Assembly (NCBI GenBank): GCA_040007015.1
Contig: JBDTVX010000001.1
Span: forward strand, 1-55,699
Origin: Ferruginibacter sp.
Lineage (GTDB): Bacteria > Bacteroidota > Bacteroidia > Chitinophagales > Chitinophagaceae
Length of the DNA: 55,699 nucleotides
Direction: 5' to 3'
Under the pieces are notes generated by a model. The model made no database searches, had not been told where the DNA came from, and saw nothing but the letters and a program-made list of their open reading frames with translations. A program made the translations under genes and the position numbers. Shown here one piece after another: positions 38,706-48,514 of the stretch. Positions within the stretch are counted from its first letter, which is position 1, and each line of letters opens with the position of its first letter.

Positions 38706-41700
38706 ATGAGAAAATTTTTCATTCTGATGGGAGCATTTTTTTTATGGAACGCTCCATCATTATTTGCACAGGGAACAGTATCAGGAAAAGTTACCGATAC
38801 AAAAGGCGATCCATTACCGGGCATATCGGTAAAAGTAAAAGGCGCACCCAAAGGCACCATCACAACTATTGACGGATCGTTTACGCTCAATATTAAGCAG
38901 GCCCAGGTAACTCTTGAATTTACGGGAACAGACATTACACCTGTCAGTCAAAACGCAAAGGCAGGTGAAACGGTTTCCGTTGCACTGGAACAAAAAACGA
39001 AGAGCCTGAACGAAGTGGTAATAACCGCAGTGGGGATCAAACGCGCTGAAAAATCATTGGGCTATTCATTGAGCAGGGTAGATCCCAAAACAATTGTTCA
39101 AAAATCGGAACCGGATGTATTAAAGACACTGGCAGGTAAAGTGGCAGGGGTGGATATACGGACGTCCAATGGCACACCTGGCGCCGCAACAAGGATACAA
39201 ATACGTGGCAACTCTTCTTTCTTTGGAGAAACACAACCGCTGATCATTGTTGATGGAACACCTTTTAGTAATGATGAGGTAGCTACTTCAGATCAAAATT
39301 CGGGCGGCGGCGCTTACTCAAGCGGCATCAGCAATCTGGACCCCAATGATATTGCAAGCATGACGGTATTAAAAGGCTCTGCGGCCTCAGCCTTGTATGG
39401 ATCCAGGGCCTCAAACGGAGTGTTGGTGATCACTACAAAATCGGGCAACCCGGGCAGGAGTAAAAAAGGCATGGAGGTAGCCTACTCTACTTCCGCAGGA
39501 ATTGAAAATGTCAATAACCTGCCCGTATATCAAAACGAATATGGCCCGGGCAAACAATTTACCTATGCCAATGCCAATGGATCATGGGGTCCTAAGTTTG
39601 GCACCATTGATTCTATTCCTACCTGGCCCGCGTACCTGGCTGCTTTTCCCAATCTTTTTGGCGCTAACTATCCCTACAGGGCAGTACCCGGTAATGTAAA
39701 GAGTTTATTCAGAACAGGGTCAGTATATGAAAATTCGCTTTCTTTTTCCGGAGGAAATGAAAAAACTTCCATGGCGGCTACGGTCTCCTTGCTCAATCAC
39801 GACGGGTATGTACCCAACTCCTCTTTTGATCGTGCCAATATTAGTTTCGGAGGCGCCACAAAATTAGATAACGGGCTCAATATCCGCGGCAATTATAGTT
39901 ATTCCAAATCTAAGCAGATCGGCGGTGTTTTTGGCGAGCAACAATCCCCCGGGGCTTCCTCTTCCTTTGCAAGATCATTATTTTTAGCGCGCAACTGGGA
40001 CTTTAGCTTTCCTTTTGAGGATGCTTTGGGAAACCCGGTATCAACCATTCCTGCTGCTTATGATAACCCGCTGTGGGATTATATCCATAATACGGTAACA
40101 ACTGAAGAAGAACGCACCATTGCCGGGCTGCACCTGGATTATACCATTAACAAATGGCTGCGGCTCGACTATCAGATCGGAAGTAACGTAAACAGCCTGT
40201 ACCGCAAAGAGATCTTTGATATCGGTTCCAGGGCAGCTTCCGGGAAAGGGCAATTAATTGAAAATAATTATTATCACCAGGAAATTGAATCTAATTTTTT
40301 AATTACGCTTTCGCCAAAGATCCTGGATGATTTTACTTTTAAAACAGTGATCGGGCACAATGTGAACGCCCGGAAAATAAGGAACCAGGTGAATGCCGGA
40401 AACGAATTTATTTCGCCCGGTATTTATAATTTAACCAATACATCCAAACAAACTTTCGGAGCAGACGTGCTTACAAAACACAACCTCTATGGGGTGTTTG
40501 GCGATATTGAACTGGGCTACAAAAATTTTGCCTTCTTAACTGCAACGGGCCGAAATGACTGGTCCTCTACTTTGCCGATATCAAACAGGAGTTATTTTTA
40601 TCCTTCCCTCTCGGGGTCACTGATCGTTTCGGATGCATTGCATATCAGCAGTAATGTGGTGGATCTTGTTAAATTACGTGGCGGATGGGCAAAGGTGGGC
40701 AGGGATGCAGATCCCTATTTTTTAGAAGATACTTATATTTTAAATCAGAATTTCCTGGGACAGTCTACTGCCACCAGCCCAACCACTTCAACCAATCCCA
40801 AATTAAAACCAGAGTTTACAAGAGAACTTGAGCTGGGAACGCAACTGTCCTTTTTTAAAAGGCGCGTTGGGCTGGATTTTACCTGGTATAATAAAATCTC
40901 GGATATGCTGATCTCTACCGTCACCACACCGGCTTCAACCGGCTACACGGGCCTGATTGATAATTTTGGAAAAATAAGGAACCGGGGTGTAGAAATAGAT
41001 TTTAGTATTGTACCGTTAAGGACAAAGGACTTCTCCTGGGACATTCATGCCATCTTCACTAAAAATACCAACCTTGTTTTGTCACTGGTAAAGGGCCTCG
41101 ACAGGTTGCCCCTTTCTAATGCAGGCTCTAATGAAATTGGCGCCTATCTTGAAGCAGGCAAGCCTTTTGGTTATTTGAGGGGAACCGTAAATGCCCGGGA
41201 CAGCCTGGGGAATTTATTAATTGATCCCGGAACCGGTTTCCTGATCCGTTCCACAGAGCAGCGGCAGATCGGCGATCCTAACCCTGATTTTAAATTAGGA
41301 CTTACCAATACCTTCAATTACAAGGGCATCACTTTAAGTGTATTGTTTGATTATACAAAAGGAGGGGATATTTATTCCGTTACGGTGGAGAGTTTACTGG
41401 CAAGAGGCGTAACCCAGGATACAAAAGACAGGGAAACTTCCTGGATAATTCCCGGCTATTATGGAGATATCAACACAGGCCTGGCATTATTGAACAGTAA
41501 GGGAGCTGAAATTAACAATATCACCAGGATAAGCACCAACGATCTGTATTTTGGTGAATCCTTCGCCAGTAATTCTGCCAAGGAATGGAATGTTTTTGAT
41601 GCCACCGTTTATCACCTGAGAGAAATATCCCTGGGTTACGAGATTCCAAAATCATGGTTTAAAAAAATACCGCTGGGCTCCATGTCTGTCAGTTTAACCG

Positions 41701-41855
41701 GCAGGAACCTATGGCACTATGCACCCAACCTGCCGAAGTATACCAATTTCGATCCGGAAGTTAATAGTTTCGGCTCTTCCAATTCCCAGGGGATTGAACA
41801 ATCTGCGGCGCCTACCAGCAAAAGATATAGTATCAACCTGAGAGTGACATTATAA
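38706..41855 (+). CDS. susC: SusC/RagA-family TonB-dependent transporter
   Basis: Signal peptide, GKVTD..GDPLPG N-terminal domain, LNEVVITA TonB box, PLIIVDG, LKGSAASALYGSRASNGVLVITTKSG, LKPEFTRELELG. Confidence 0.96.
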   Translation: MRKFFILMGAFFLWNAPSLFAQGTVSGKVTDTKGDPLPGISVKVKGAPKGTITTIDGSFTLNIKQAQVTLEFTGTDITPVSQNAKAGETVSVALEQKTKSLNEVVITAVGIKRAEKSLGYSLSRVDPKTIVQKSEPDVLKTLAGKVAGVDIRTSNGTPGAATRIQIRGNSSFFGETQPLIIVDGTPFSNDEVATSDQNSGGGAYSSGISNLDPNDIASMTVLKGSAASALYGSRASNGVLVITTKSGNPGRSKKGMEVAYSTSAGIENVNNLPVYQNEYGPGKQFTYANANGSWGPKFGTIDSIPTWPAYLAAFPNLFGANYPYRAVPGNVKSLFRTGSVYENSLSFSGGNEKTSMAATVSLLNHDGYVPNSSFDRANISFGGATKLDNGLNIRGNYSYSKSKQIGGVFGEQQSPGASSSFARSLFLARNWDFSFPFEDALGNPVSTIPAAYDNPLWDYIHNTVTTEEERTIAGLHLDYTINKWLRLDYQIGSNVNSLYRKEIFDIGSRAASGKGQLIENNYYHQEIESNFLITLSPKILDDFTFKTVIGHNVNARKIRNQVNAGNEFISPGIYNLTNTSKQTFGADVLTKHNLYGVFGDIELGYKNFAFLTATGRNDWSSTLPISNRSYFYPSLSGSLIVSDALHISSNVVDLVKLRGGWAKVGRDADPYFLEDTYILNQNFLGQSTATSPTTSTNPKLKPEFTRELELGTQLSFFKRRVGLDFTWYNKISDMLISTVTTPASTGYTGLIDNFGKIRNRGVEIDFSIVPLRTKDFSWDIHAIFTKNTNLVLSLVKGLDRLPLSNAGSNEIGAYLEAGKPFGYLRGTVNARDSLGNLLIDPGTGFLIRSTEQRQIGDPNPDFKLGLTNTFNYKGITLSVLFDYTKGGDIYSVTVESLLARGVTQDTKDRETSWIIPGYYGDINTGLALLNSKGAEINNITRISTNDLYFGESFASNSAKEWNVFDATVYHLREISLGYEIPKSWFKKIPLGSMSVSLTGRNLWHYAPNLPKYTNFDPEVNSFGSSNSQGIEQSAAPTSKRYSINLRVTL

Positions 41856-41873
41856 ATTCTAAAATTTAAAACA

Positions 41874-43601
41874 ATGAGAAAGCGCATTATATACCCGGGT
41901 TTTGTTTTATTGGCCATCATTTTATTTAGTTGTACCAAGGGATTCCTTGACATAAACAAGGATCCTAATAATCCAACCAGTATTGCTGTTTCCAAATTAT
42001 TACCTACAGCAGAAAGATCACTCGCTGCCAGCCTTGGACTAAGCGGCGGAAACGTACCCGGGATGGGACAGGTGCTGGCAACATACGTTCACCAGGGCGT
42101 TGTTAGGGAAGAGCCGTTTCAGTACGGAGCCACCGGCACCGATTATTACCTGGTAACTTCGTGGGATAATTTATATTCCGGCCAGCCGCTTAATGTTAAT
42201 GGATCCACATTGTTTGAAGGCAGCCTGCAAAACCTGCAGGTTATCATTACAGATGCTACAGCCAAAGGGGATTTACAGTACGCCGGAATTGCGCAGATAT
42301 TAAAAGCATATACTTTTAGCCAGTTGGTCGATATGTTTGGGGATGTTCCTTTTTCGGAGGCGCTTAAATTAAAAGACGGGATAGTGAACCCTGTATTTGA
42401 TAAAGGCGCTGATATTTATCCCAAGCTGTTTTCATTATTGGATAGTGGCATTACAAATCTAAAGGCCAATGCCCTCAATTCTTCAACACCAGGCAGTGAT
42501 GACGTGATTTATGGGGGAAATATAAGCAAATGGGAAAAAGCGGCAAATACTATTAAATTAAAATTGTTATTGCAGCAGCGGCTGATAAAAAATGTGGCAG
42601 CAGATGTAAATACCCTTTTAACGGCAGGCAATTTAATAAGCACCACGACCGAAAGTTTTGTTATGCCTTATGGTGTTTCGGGGGCAACAGACGATAGAAA
42701 CCCGGGTTTCCAGGATTATTTTGCCACCCAGCGGGGCAATTATATAAGCCCATGGTTTTATTCCATATTAAAAGGATACAACCCCAAAATATTTACCAAT
42801 ATTGTAGATCCCCGTATCCCCTATTATTTTTATAACCAGCTTACGGCAACAGCACCTGCAGATAATCCAACAGAATACAGGGATACCGGTTTTCTTTCTA
42901 TCGTATTTGGTTCCATCGGGCCCAGCAGGGATTTTTTACAGGATAATTCTATCAGCCTTTATGGCATCTACCCCGTGGGTGGACGCTACGATGACGGGGG
43001 TGGCGGATCTGTTAATTCCAACAGTGGAACCGGGGCCGCGCCTTATAGATTTATCACTTATGCAGACAGGTTGTATATGGAAGCAGAACTGATAAAAACC
43101 GGCGTGATAACAGGTGATGCAGCGGCCAAATTACAACAGGCAATACAGGAATCATTTAAAGAAGTGGATTACGTGGTCACCAAATATGTAAAACCTACGC
43201 AAACAGTTCCCGCTTTGTCGGGCACCGGTGCCGCCACCGCGTATATCAATAAGATAATGGCTTATTACAACAATAATGCTTCCAAACAACTCGAGATCAT
43301 CATGACGCAAAAATGGATAGCCGCCTTTGGAAATTTTGTAGATGAATATACAGATTACAGGCGTACCCGTTTCCCCGTTTTGTTTGATCCCAATGATGTA
43401 TCGGTAGCGCCGAACCATCTATATCAACCGCCCGTAAATGGCGACCTGGTAAATAGCCCGGGGGCCCAGCCGGCAATTCCCGTTCAATTATCAAGGGATT
43501 ACCCCCTAACGCTCCCCTGGTCGCAAAATGAGTTGAATGCCAATAAAAATGCACCGGCACAAAAACAGCCATCTACTTATAAACCTTTTTGGCTACCCTG
43601 A
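41874..43601 (+). CDS. susD: SusD/RagB-family lipoprotein
   Basis: Lipobox LFSC, DINKDPNNP, LVDMFGDVPFSEA, PGSDDVIYGG...WEKAANT, IMTQKWIA, DYRRT; directly follows susC. Confidence 0.95.
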   Translation: MRKRIIYPGFVLLAIILFSCTKGFLDINKDPNNPTSIAVSKLLPTAERSLAASLGLSGGNVPGMGQVLATYVHQGVVREEPFQYGATGTDYYLVTSWDNLYSGQPLNVNGSTLFEGSLQNLQVIITDATAKGDLQYAGIAQILKAYTFSQLVDMFGDVPFSEALKLKDGIVNPVFDKGADIYPKLFSLLDSGITNLKANALNSSTPGSDDVIYGGNISKWEKAANTIKLKLLLQQRLIKNVAADVNTLLTAGNLISTTTESFVMPYGVSGATDDRNPGFQDYFATQRGNYISPWFYSILKGYNPKIFTNIVDPRIPYYFYNQLTATAPADNPTEYRDTGFLSIVFGSIGPSRDFLQDNSISLYGIYPVGGRYDDGGGGSVNSNSGTGAAPYRFITYADRLYMEAELIKTGVITGDAAAKLQQAIQESFKEVDYVVTKYVKPTQTVPALSGTGAATAYINKIMAYYNNNASKQLEIIMTQKWIAAFGNFVDEYTDYRRTRFPVLFDPNDVSVAPNHLYQPPVNGDLVNSPGAQPAIPVQLSRDYPLTLPWSQNELNANKNAPAQKQPSTYKPFWLP

Positions 43602-43642
43602 TCTTTTATTAATATGCAAAGCATTTAAAAAAATATTTTACC

Positions 43643-44542
43643 ATGAAAAAGTTTATAATATCAATCATCACAATAGTGCTTACGGCAAGTATTATTTTTT
43701 CGTGCCGAAAATCAGACAATCCCAAATTACCTGCACTAACAAGAGTGCCGATACCCCTTATTACCCCCGACCCAACTGCCAACACGGTAATAAAAGCCAC
43801 TGATGTTTCTGGATTTAATGGTAAGTTTTCGGTTGACCTATATTTTAAAAATGACATTATCCCTAAACAGCTGGATATAGTAGTTGCCAAAAATCACAAT
43901 TACACCGATGGCGCAGTAAAACCCTTTAAAGCGGCCATCGCTTCGTTCCCTACCGATGTTACAGTAACGGGGACACAAATAGCGATGCTATTTCCGGGGC
44001 CCATTGTTGTGGGCGATGTGTTTGAGTTTGGAGCAAATATTATTTTGCAGGATGGAACCATGTTTCCGGCATTTGATTCCGTAGGCGCAGCATACGGCCA
44101 AACAGGAGGGAACGTAGATGGGTATCCTAATGCCAGTTTAGTGGCAGCATACGCGGTAGTTTGCCCCTTTGACCGGTCCATTTTTAGTGGTGGGTATAAA
44201 ATCATAATTGATAGCTGGCAGGATTTTGATCCTGGTGATGCCGTGACGGTAACCCCCGGGCCCGGGCCCAGCCAGGTTTCGCTCACCGTGTACCCCAGTC
44301 CTGCGTTTGGCATCAATAGAAAACCCTTTATTATAGATATCGATCCGGCTACCGGCAAGGTATCGATTGCGTCGCAGATAATTGGTGATTACCCTCCCAG
44401 CGATAACAATGTAAAAATTTCCGCAACTCCCGGGGTCAATAGCTTTGTAGATTTTTGCTCGGGTAAAATCCATTTGGGGTTCGATTTAACCGATGCGCAT
44501 TCGGGTATTTTAGTAACCGGCATCCTGGAAATAGGAAAATAA
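43643..44542 (+). CDS. SusCD-associated lipoprotein of unknown function
   Basis: Lipobox IFSC followed by RKSD; beta-rich, two-domain appearance; third gene of the operon. Confidence 0.8.
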   Translation: MKKFIISIITIVLTASIIFSCRKSDNPKLPALTRVPIPLITPDPTANTVIKATDVSGFNGKFSVDLYFKNDIIPKQLDIVVAKNHNYTDGAVKPFKAAIASFPTDVTVTGTQIAMLFPGPIVVGDVFEFGANIILQDGTMFPAFDSVGAAYGQTGGNVDGYPNASLVAAYAVVCPFDRSIFSGGYKIIIDSWQDFDPGDAVTVTPGPGPSQVSLTVYPSPAFGINRKPFIIDIDPATGKVSIASQIIGDYPPSDNNVKISATPGVNSFVDFCSGKIHLGFDLTDAHSGILVTGILEIGK

Positions 44543-44980
44543 CATTTTTTCGTGGATGTGTAGAAGTGATGCGGGTGTAAAGATGATTGGTTTTGCAGTA
44601 AGATCCTGCAACAATTGTTGGAATTTTATTTTAGTAATCTGGATCGTGCAGCGGTAGGAAGATCTTACCAAAGTGATTTTTAAAATATTTCTTCCCCTGT
44701 TTTAATCTAAGCGATTGGGGCCGCAAAATTGTATGATTTCTGCCAAGGCGGTCCGAATGGCGCTCTGCCGTTCGGACTTACCATTCAAAATTTTATGGTC
44801 CGGGCTCAGAAGCAATGTGGAACATCGTTGCATCCCTGTCTGCCTGCGCAATCAGGCAGGGCCCTCTTGTACGTCATACCATTATTGTACTTTTATTGAC
44901 GCGGAGATGTACCCCAAAAAGAGACCACTGAAACTTATGCGAAAAGAGCATCAAAGCATCGGGATCTAAGAACATCTTTG

Positions 44981-45219
44981 AGGCAATGTCATTTAATTAG
45001 GGACTTTTATGCGTCTAATGCCACCCTTTCGGGCAATGTCATTGAGTTAAGACTTTGCGCCCCATCAGGTCGTCGTGTTTATAGAATTATTCGTCAATCC
45101 TGGCTTTGGCTCCGTAGGTGCCACGTAATTTACGCGGCACCTATGGAGCCAGAGCCTTAAAATATTGATTAACTATAAACACGATGCTCCTAACGGAGCT
45201 TAACTTAATCACATTGCCC
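44981..45219. repeat. Nested REPIN-like palindrome
   Basis: gggcaatgtcattgagttaag / cttaacttaatcacattgccc encloses tcgtgtttatag / ctataaacacga and ggctttggctccgtaggtgcc / ggcacctatggagccagagcc; an extra direct copy of the outer arm lies at 44981. Confidence 0.85.
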
Positions 45220-45421
45220 TTCGGGGGTATAAAAATTTTAAGATTATTCATTTGCTATAATAATGCCAGCCCTGCCCGTTCCGTTCAGGCGGGCTTTCAG
45301 GCTTTTAAAACTTTCCGTGCGTCCGCCCTAAAGTACAGGGGGGCTTTCAAACCATTCAATAAGTCAATTATGAATCATGGGCAGAAAACGATATATTTGA
45401 AACAGCCAAATATTTTTAGCA

Positions 45422-48421
45422 ATGAGAACCAGCCTATTAATTTGCGTAGCTTTTGCCTGCTTTCTTTCTTCTCTAAATCTGCACGCCCAGCAATCATTAT
45501 GGAGTAAAGCTGGCAACAGCGCTTATAACAATTATACATCTTCAGTAAAAGACTCCGCTCCCGGAAAATTTCTCTTGTCAAAAATTGATTTGGTACAACT
45601 GAAAACCATCCTTCAGTCTGCACCACTGGAGCATACCGATGGAAAATTTACGAAAGGCATTCCATTTACCATTCAATTACCGGATGAAACAATGCTGTCC
45701 GCTTCTGTTGTGGAATCCCCGATCTGGGATGCGGTATATGCAAAGCAATTCGCCCATGTGCGGACGTACCTTTTATCCGATCCCATCACTAAATCATTGC
45801 TTGGAAGAATAACACTAACTGCTGAAGGTATCAGCGGGATCATATTTTCCGGTAAAGGCGATGTTTATATAAATCCATTAAAAAATAATGATCCGGGGAC
45901 ACATATTTTATATTTTACAAGAGATGAAAAAACGGTGGAGTTCCAATGTGGCGCCAATTCCTCCGGCACTGATATTATTTCTGCATTGAATAAGCCGCTT
46001 AATGTTACAGCAGGCGATTGCAAAAGAAGAACCTACCGCCTTGCAGTAGCAACTACGGCAGAATATACTGCATGGGCAGGCAGCCAGGCAAATGCGCTTA
46101 CTTATATAACGATCAGTATCAACAATGTTATTGCCATTTACAGCAGGGACCTGAATATTACCTTTACAATTGTTGCTCCCAACAGTATCCTTTTTACCAA
46201 TGCCAATACAGATCCTTATCCCGGGGGTGATGTATATTTAGACGATGCTGCCACCAATGCCAATCAAACTGCAATGGATAATATCATTGGCACCGGGGCC
46301 TATGATGTTGGCATGGTATTCAATAAAGGTTGGAACAGGGGTTATGTACCCGTGCCATTTGGCTTTGTTTGTAATGCCGCAAATAAAGGTAAAGGTGCGG
46401 CGGGTGTTGCTACCGGGCAAGGTTTAAATCCAACGGCAGGGCCGCAAGGTCTGGCTTTTGATTTCACGGTGGCACATGAAATGGGGCACCTGTTTGGGGC
46501 CACACATAGTTACGCATCTAACGTAGGCACCTGCACCGGTTTTGCTACTGCCGCCGCAGCCTTTGAACCGGGAAGCGGCAGCACAATGATGGGTTATGCA
46601 GGATATCCTACGTGTAATACATACACCAATTACGGGGAAAGCTATTTTCATGCAGGCAGCCTGGCTCAAATACAATCTTACATTAGTGGTCCGGGCAATT
46701 GTGCCGCATCAGTGGTTACCGGGAATAATCCGCCCGTTGTTACTGTTGCTGCCGCATCTTATACCATTCCCGTTTCCACTCCATTCACTTTATCTGCAAC
46801 CGGTACCGATGCAGATGGAAACTCATTAATATATACCTGGGAGCAAATGGATGCCGGCTTTCTTACACCCAGCCCCCCGGCGGCAACTAACACAGCGGGG
46901 CCCAACTTCCGCTCGTATGCACCCACACCAACCGGCAATACCAGGACATTCCCCGGCATATATGATATCGTGGCAGGAGTTTCCCCGGCTTATGAAGTAT
47001 TACCCTCCGTTACCCGCACTACCCATTTCCGGGTAACGGCACGCGATGGGTCGGCACTTGGCGGCTGCACCGGGGATGCAAATGTTGTGGTAAATTTCAA
47101 CAGCGGTGCGGGCCCCTTCAGGGTAACATCGCAGCCGACTTCTGTTACATGGGCCATCAACAACCCGCAAACTATTACCTGGAATGTTGCAGGAACCAAT
47201 TCTGCTCCCGTAAATTGCGCTGTTGTAGATATTCTATTTTCAACAGATGGAGGTATCACTTATCCATATACCTTAGTTAGCAATACAGCTAATGATGGAA
47301 GTGAAATTATCACAGTGCCTAATCTTTCCACGCAGGCAGGAAGGATAAAAGTGCAGGCGGTAAACAATATCTTTTTTAACATCAATGCCGCTAACATAAC
47401 CATCGTTTCCACCTGTGCTGCGAACGGCACTACAATAACCCCGGCCGACAGTATAGCGGTTGCTTCAGGAAGTGCATCACTGAGCCTTTCTTTGAGCCCG
47501 CAATACGGAACCGTGTTAACCCCTTCCGGTACAATTACAACAGCAAATCCTTCCACCACCTTAACAATGTATAATACAAGTGTTTCTTCGTGTGCCACTT
47601 ATGGCTTTAGCGGTTCTTATAAATATAATATCCATTCTTTTACAGTAACCGCACCGGGAAACTATACATTCACTCCTTCCACGTATGGTTTAGTTTATAA
47701 TTTGTATCGCGGGTCTTTTGATCCTGCCTTTCCCTGCAATAATTTTATTGCATCCAATTGTGTTACCGGCCTAACCCCCACCACTATCAACCCATCTGTA
47801 ACAGCAAGCTTGTTACCGGGGAAATATGTTTTAACAGCCGGTACTTTTAGCCCTGCATTTCCGGTGTTGCCGCATACTTATAGTGTGGCGGTAACAGGGG
47901 GTAGCATTTATACCAATCCTCCCAACCCCGGTGTATCTTTCAGTTACCTGTATGTGGTTGTTGATAAGGCAACCAATCTTGTAAAGTCCATCGCCTCAAC
48001 GGCAGACCTTAGCAACAGCGCCACTTACCCGGGAGGTAAGGTTTATACGATCTATGGATTATCGTATTCAAATGCCTCCCCTTCTTTGAACAACTTTATC
48101 GGTGGTAATTTTAATACACTGACAAATGCACTGCTTTACAATGCATCCTATTGCGGGAACCTCAGTAAGAATTTTGCCACGCGAACCATATTGACCATTT
48201 ATACTTTTACGGGCAGTGGAAACTGGAACGTGGCGGCTAACTGGAGCAACAATGTGATTCCTTCTTCACCTTTGCCACAATATTCAGCAATCATTATTAA
48301 CCCGGCAGGTAATGGCGAGTGTATTTTAAATGTGCCGGTGATCATTTCACAGGGAGATCAGTTAACTGTTCAAACGGGAAAGAAGTTTAGGATATTGGGT
48401 AACTTGACTATACAGTATTGA
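45422..48421 (+). CDS. Exported reprolysin-like (M12B-type metzincin) metallopeptidase with Ig-like/beta domains and a C-terminal GNW/W-P module
   Basis: Signal peptide (LHAQ), prodomain with FQCG cysteine switch, RTYRLAVATTAEY, AHEMGHLFGATH, Met-turn EPGSGSTMMGYAG, YTWEQMD, TWNVAGT...DGG.TY. Confidence 0.9.
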   Translation: MRTSLLICVAFACFLSSLNLHAQQSLWSKAGNSAYNNYTSSVKDSAPGKFLLSKIDLVQLKTILQSAPLEHTDGKFTKGIPFTIQLPDETMLSASVVESPIWDAVYAKQFAHVRTYLLSDPITKSLLGRITLTAEGISGIIFSGKGDVYINPLKNNDPGTHILYFTRDEKTVEFQCGANSSGTDIISALNKPLNVTAGDCKRRTYRLAVATTAEYTAWAGSQANALTYITISINNVIAIYSRDLNITFTIVAPNSILFTNANTDPYPGGDVYLDDAATNANQTAMDNIIGTGAYDVGMVFNKGWNRGYVPVPFGFVCNAANKGKGAAGVATGQGLNPTAGPQGLAFDFTVAHEMGHLFGATHSYASNVGTCTGFATAAAAFEPGSGSTMMGYAGYPTCNTYTNYGESYFHAGSLAQIQSYISGPGNCAASVVTGNNPPVVTVAAASYTIPVSTPFTLSATGTDADGNSLIYTWEQMDAGFLTPSPPAATNTAGPNFRSYAPTPTGNTRTFPGIYDIVAGVSPAYEVLPSVTRTTHFRVTARDGSALGGCTGDANVVVNFNSGAGPFRVTSQPTSVTWAINNPQTITWNVAGTNSAPVNCAVVDILFSTDGGITYPYTLVSNTANDGSEIITVPNLSTQAGRIKVQAVNNIFFNINAANITIVSTCAANGTTITPADSIAVASGSASLSLSLSPQYGTVLTPSGTITTANPSTTLTMYNTSVSSCATYGFSGSYKYNIHSFTVTAPGNYTFTPSTYGLVYNLYRGSFDPAFPCNNFIASNCVTGLTPTTINPSVTASLLPGKYVLTAGTFSPAFPVLPHTYSVAVTGGSIYTNPPNPGVSFSYLYVVVDKATNLVKSIASTADLSNSATYPGGKVYTIYGLSYSNASPSLNNFIGGNFNTLTNALLYNASYCGNLSKNFATRTILTIYTFTGSGNWNVAANWSNNVIPSSPLPQYSAIIINPAGNGECILNVPVIISQGDQLTVQTGKKFRILGNLTIQY

Positions 48422-48440
48422 TGTTGTTTCTATTGCACAT

Positions 48441-48487
48441 TTTCATTAAGATGACATCTTTTTAAAAGAGGTCATCTTAATGAAAAT
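48441..48487. terminator. Long inverted repeat between convergent genes (bidirectional terminator)
   Basis: tttcattaagatgac-atctttttaaaagag-gtcatcttaatgaaa, near-perfect palindrome. Confidence 0.8.
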
Positions 48488-48514
48488 GAATCACCTCAGG
48501 CTATGTATACATGG

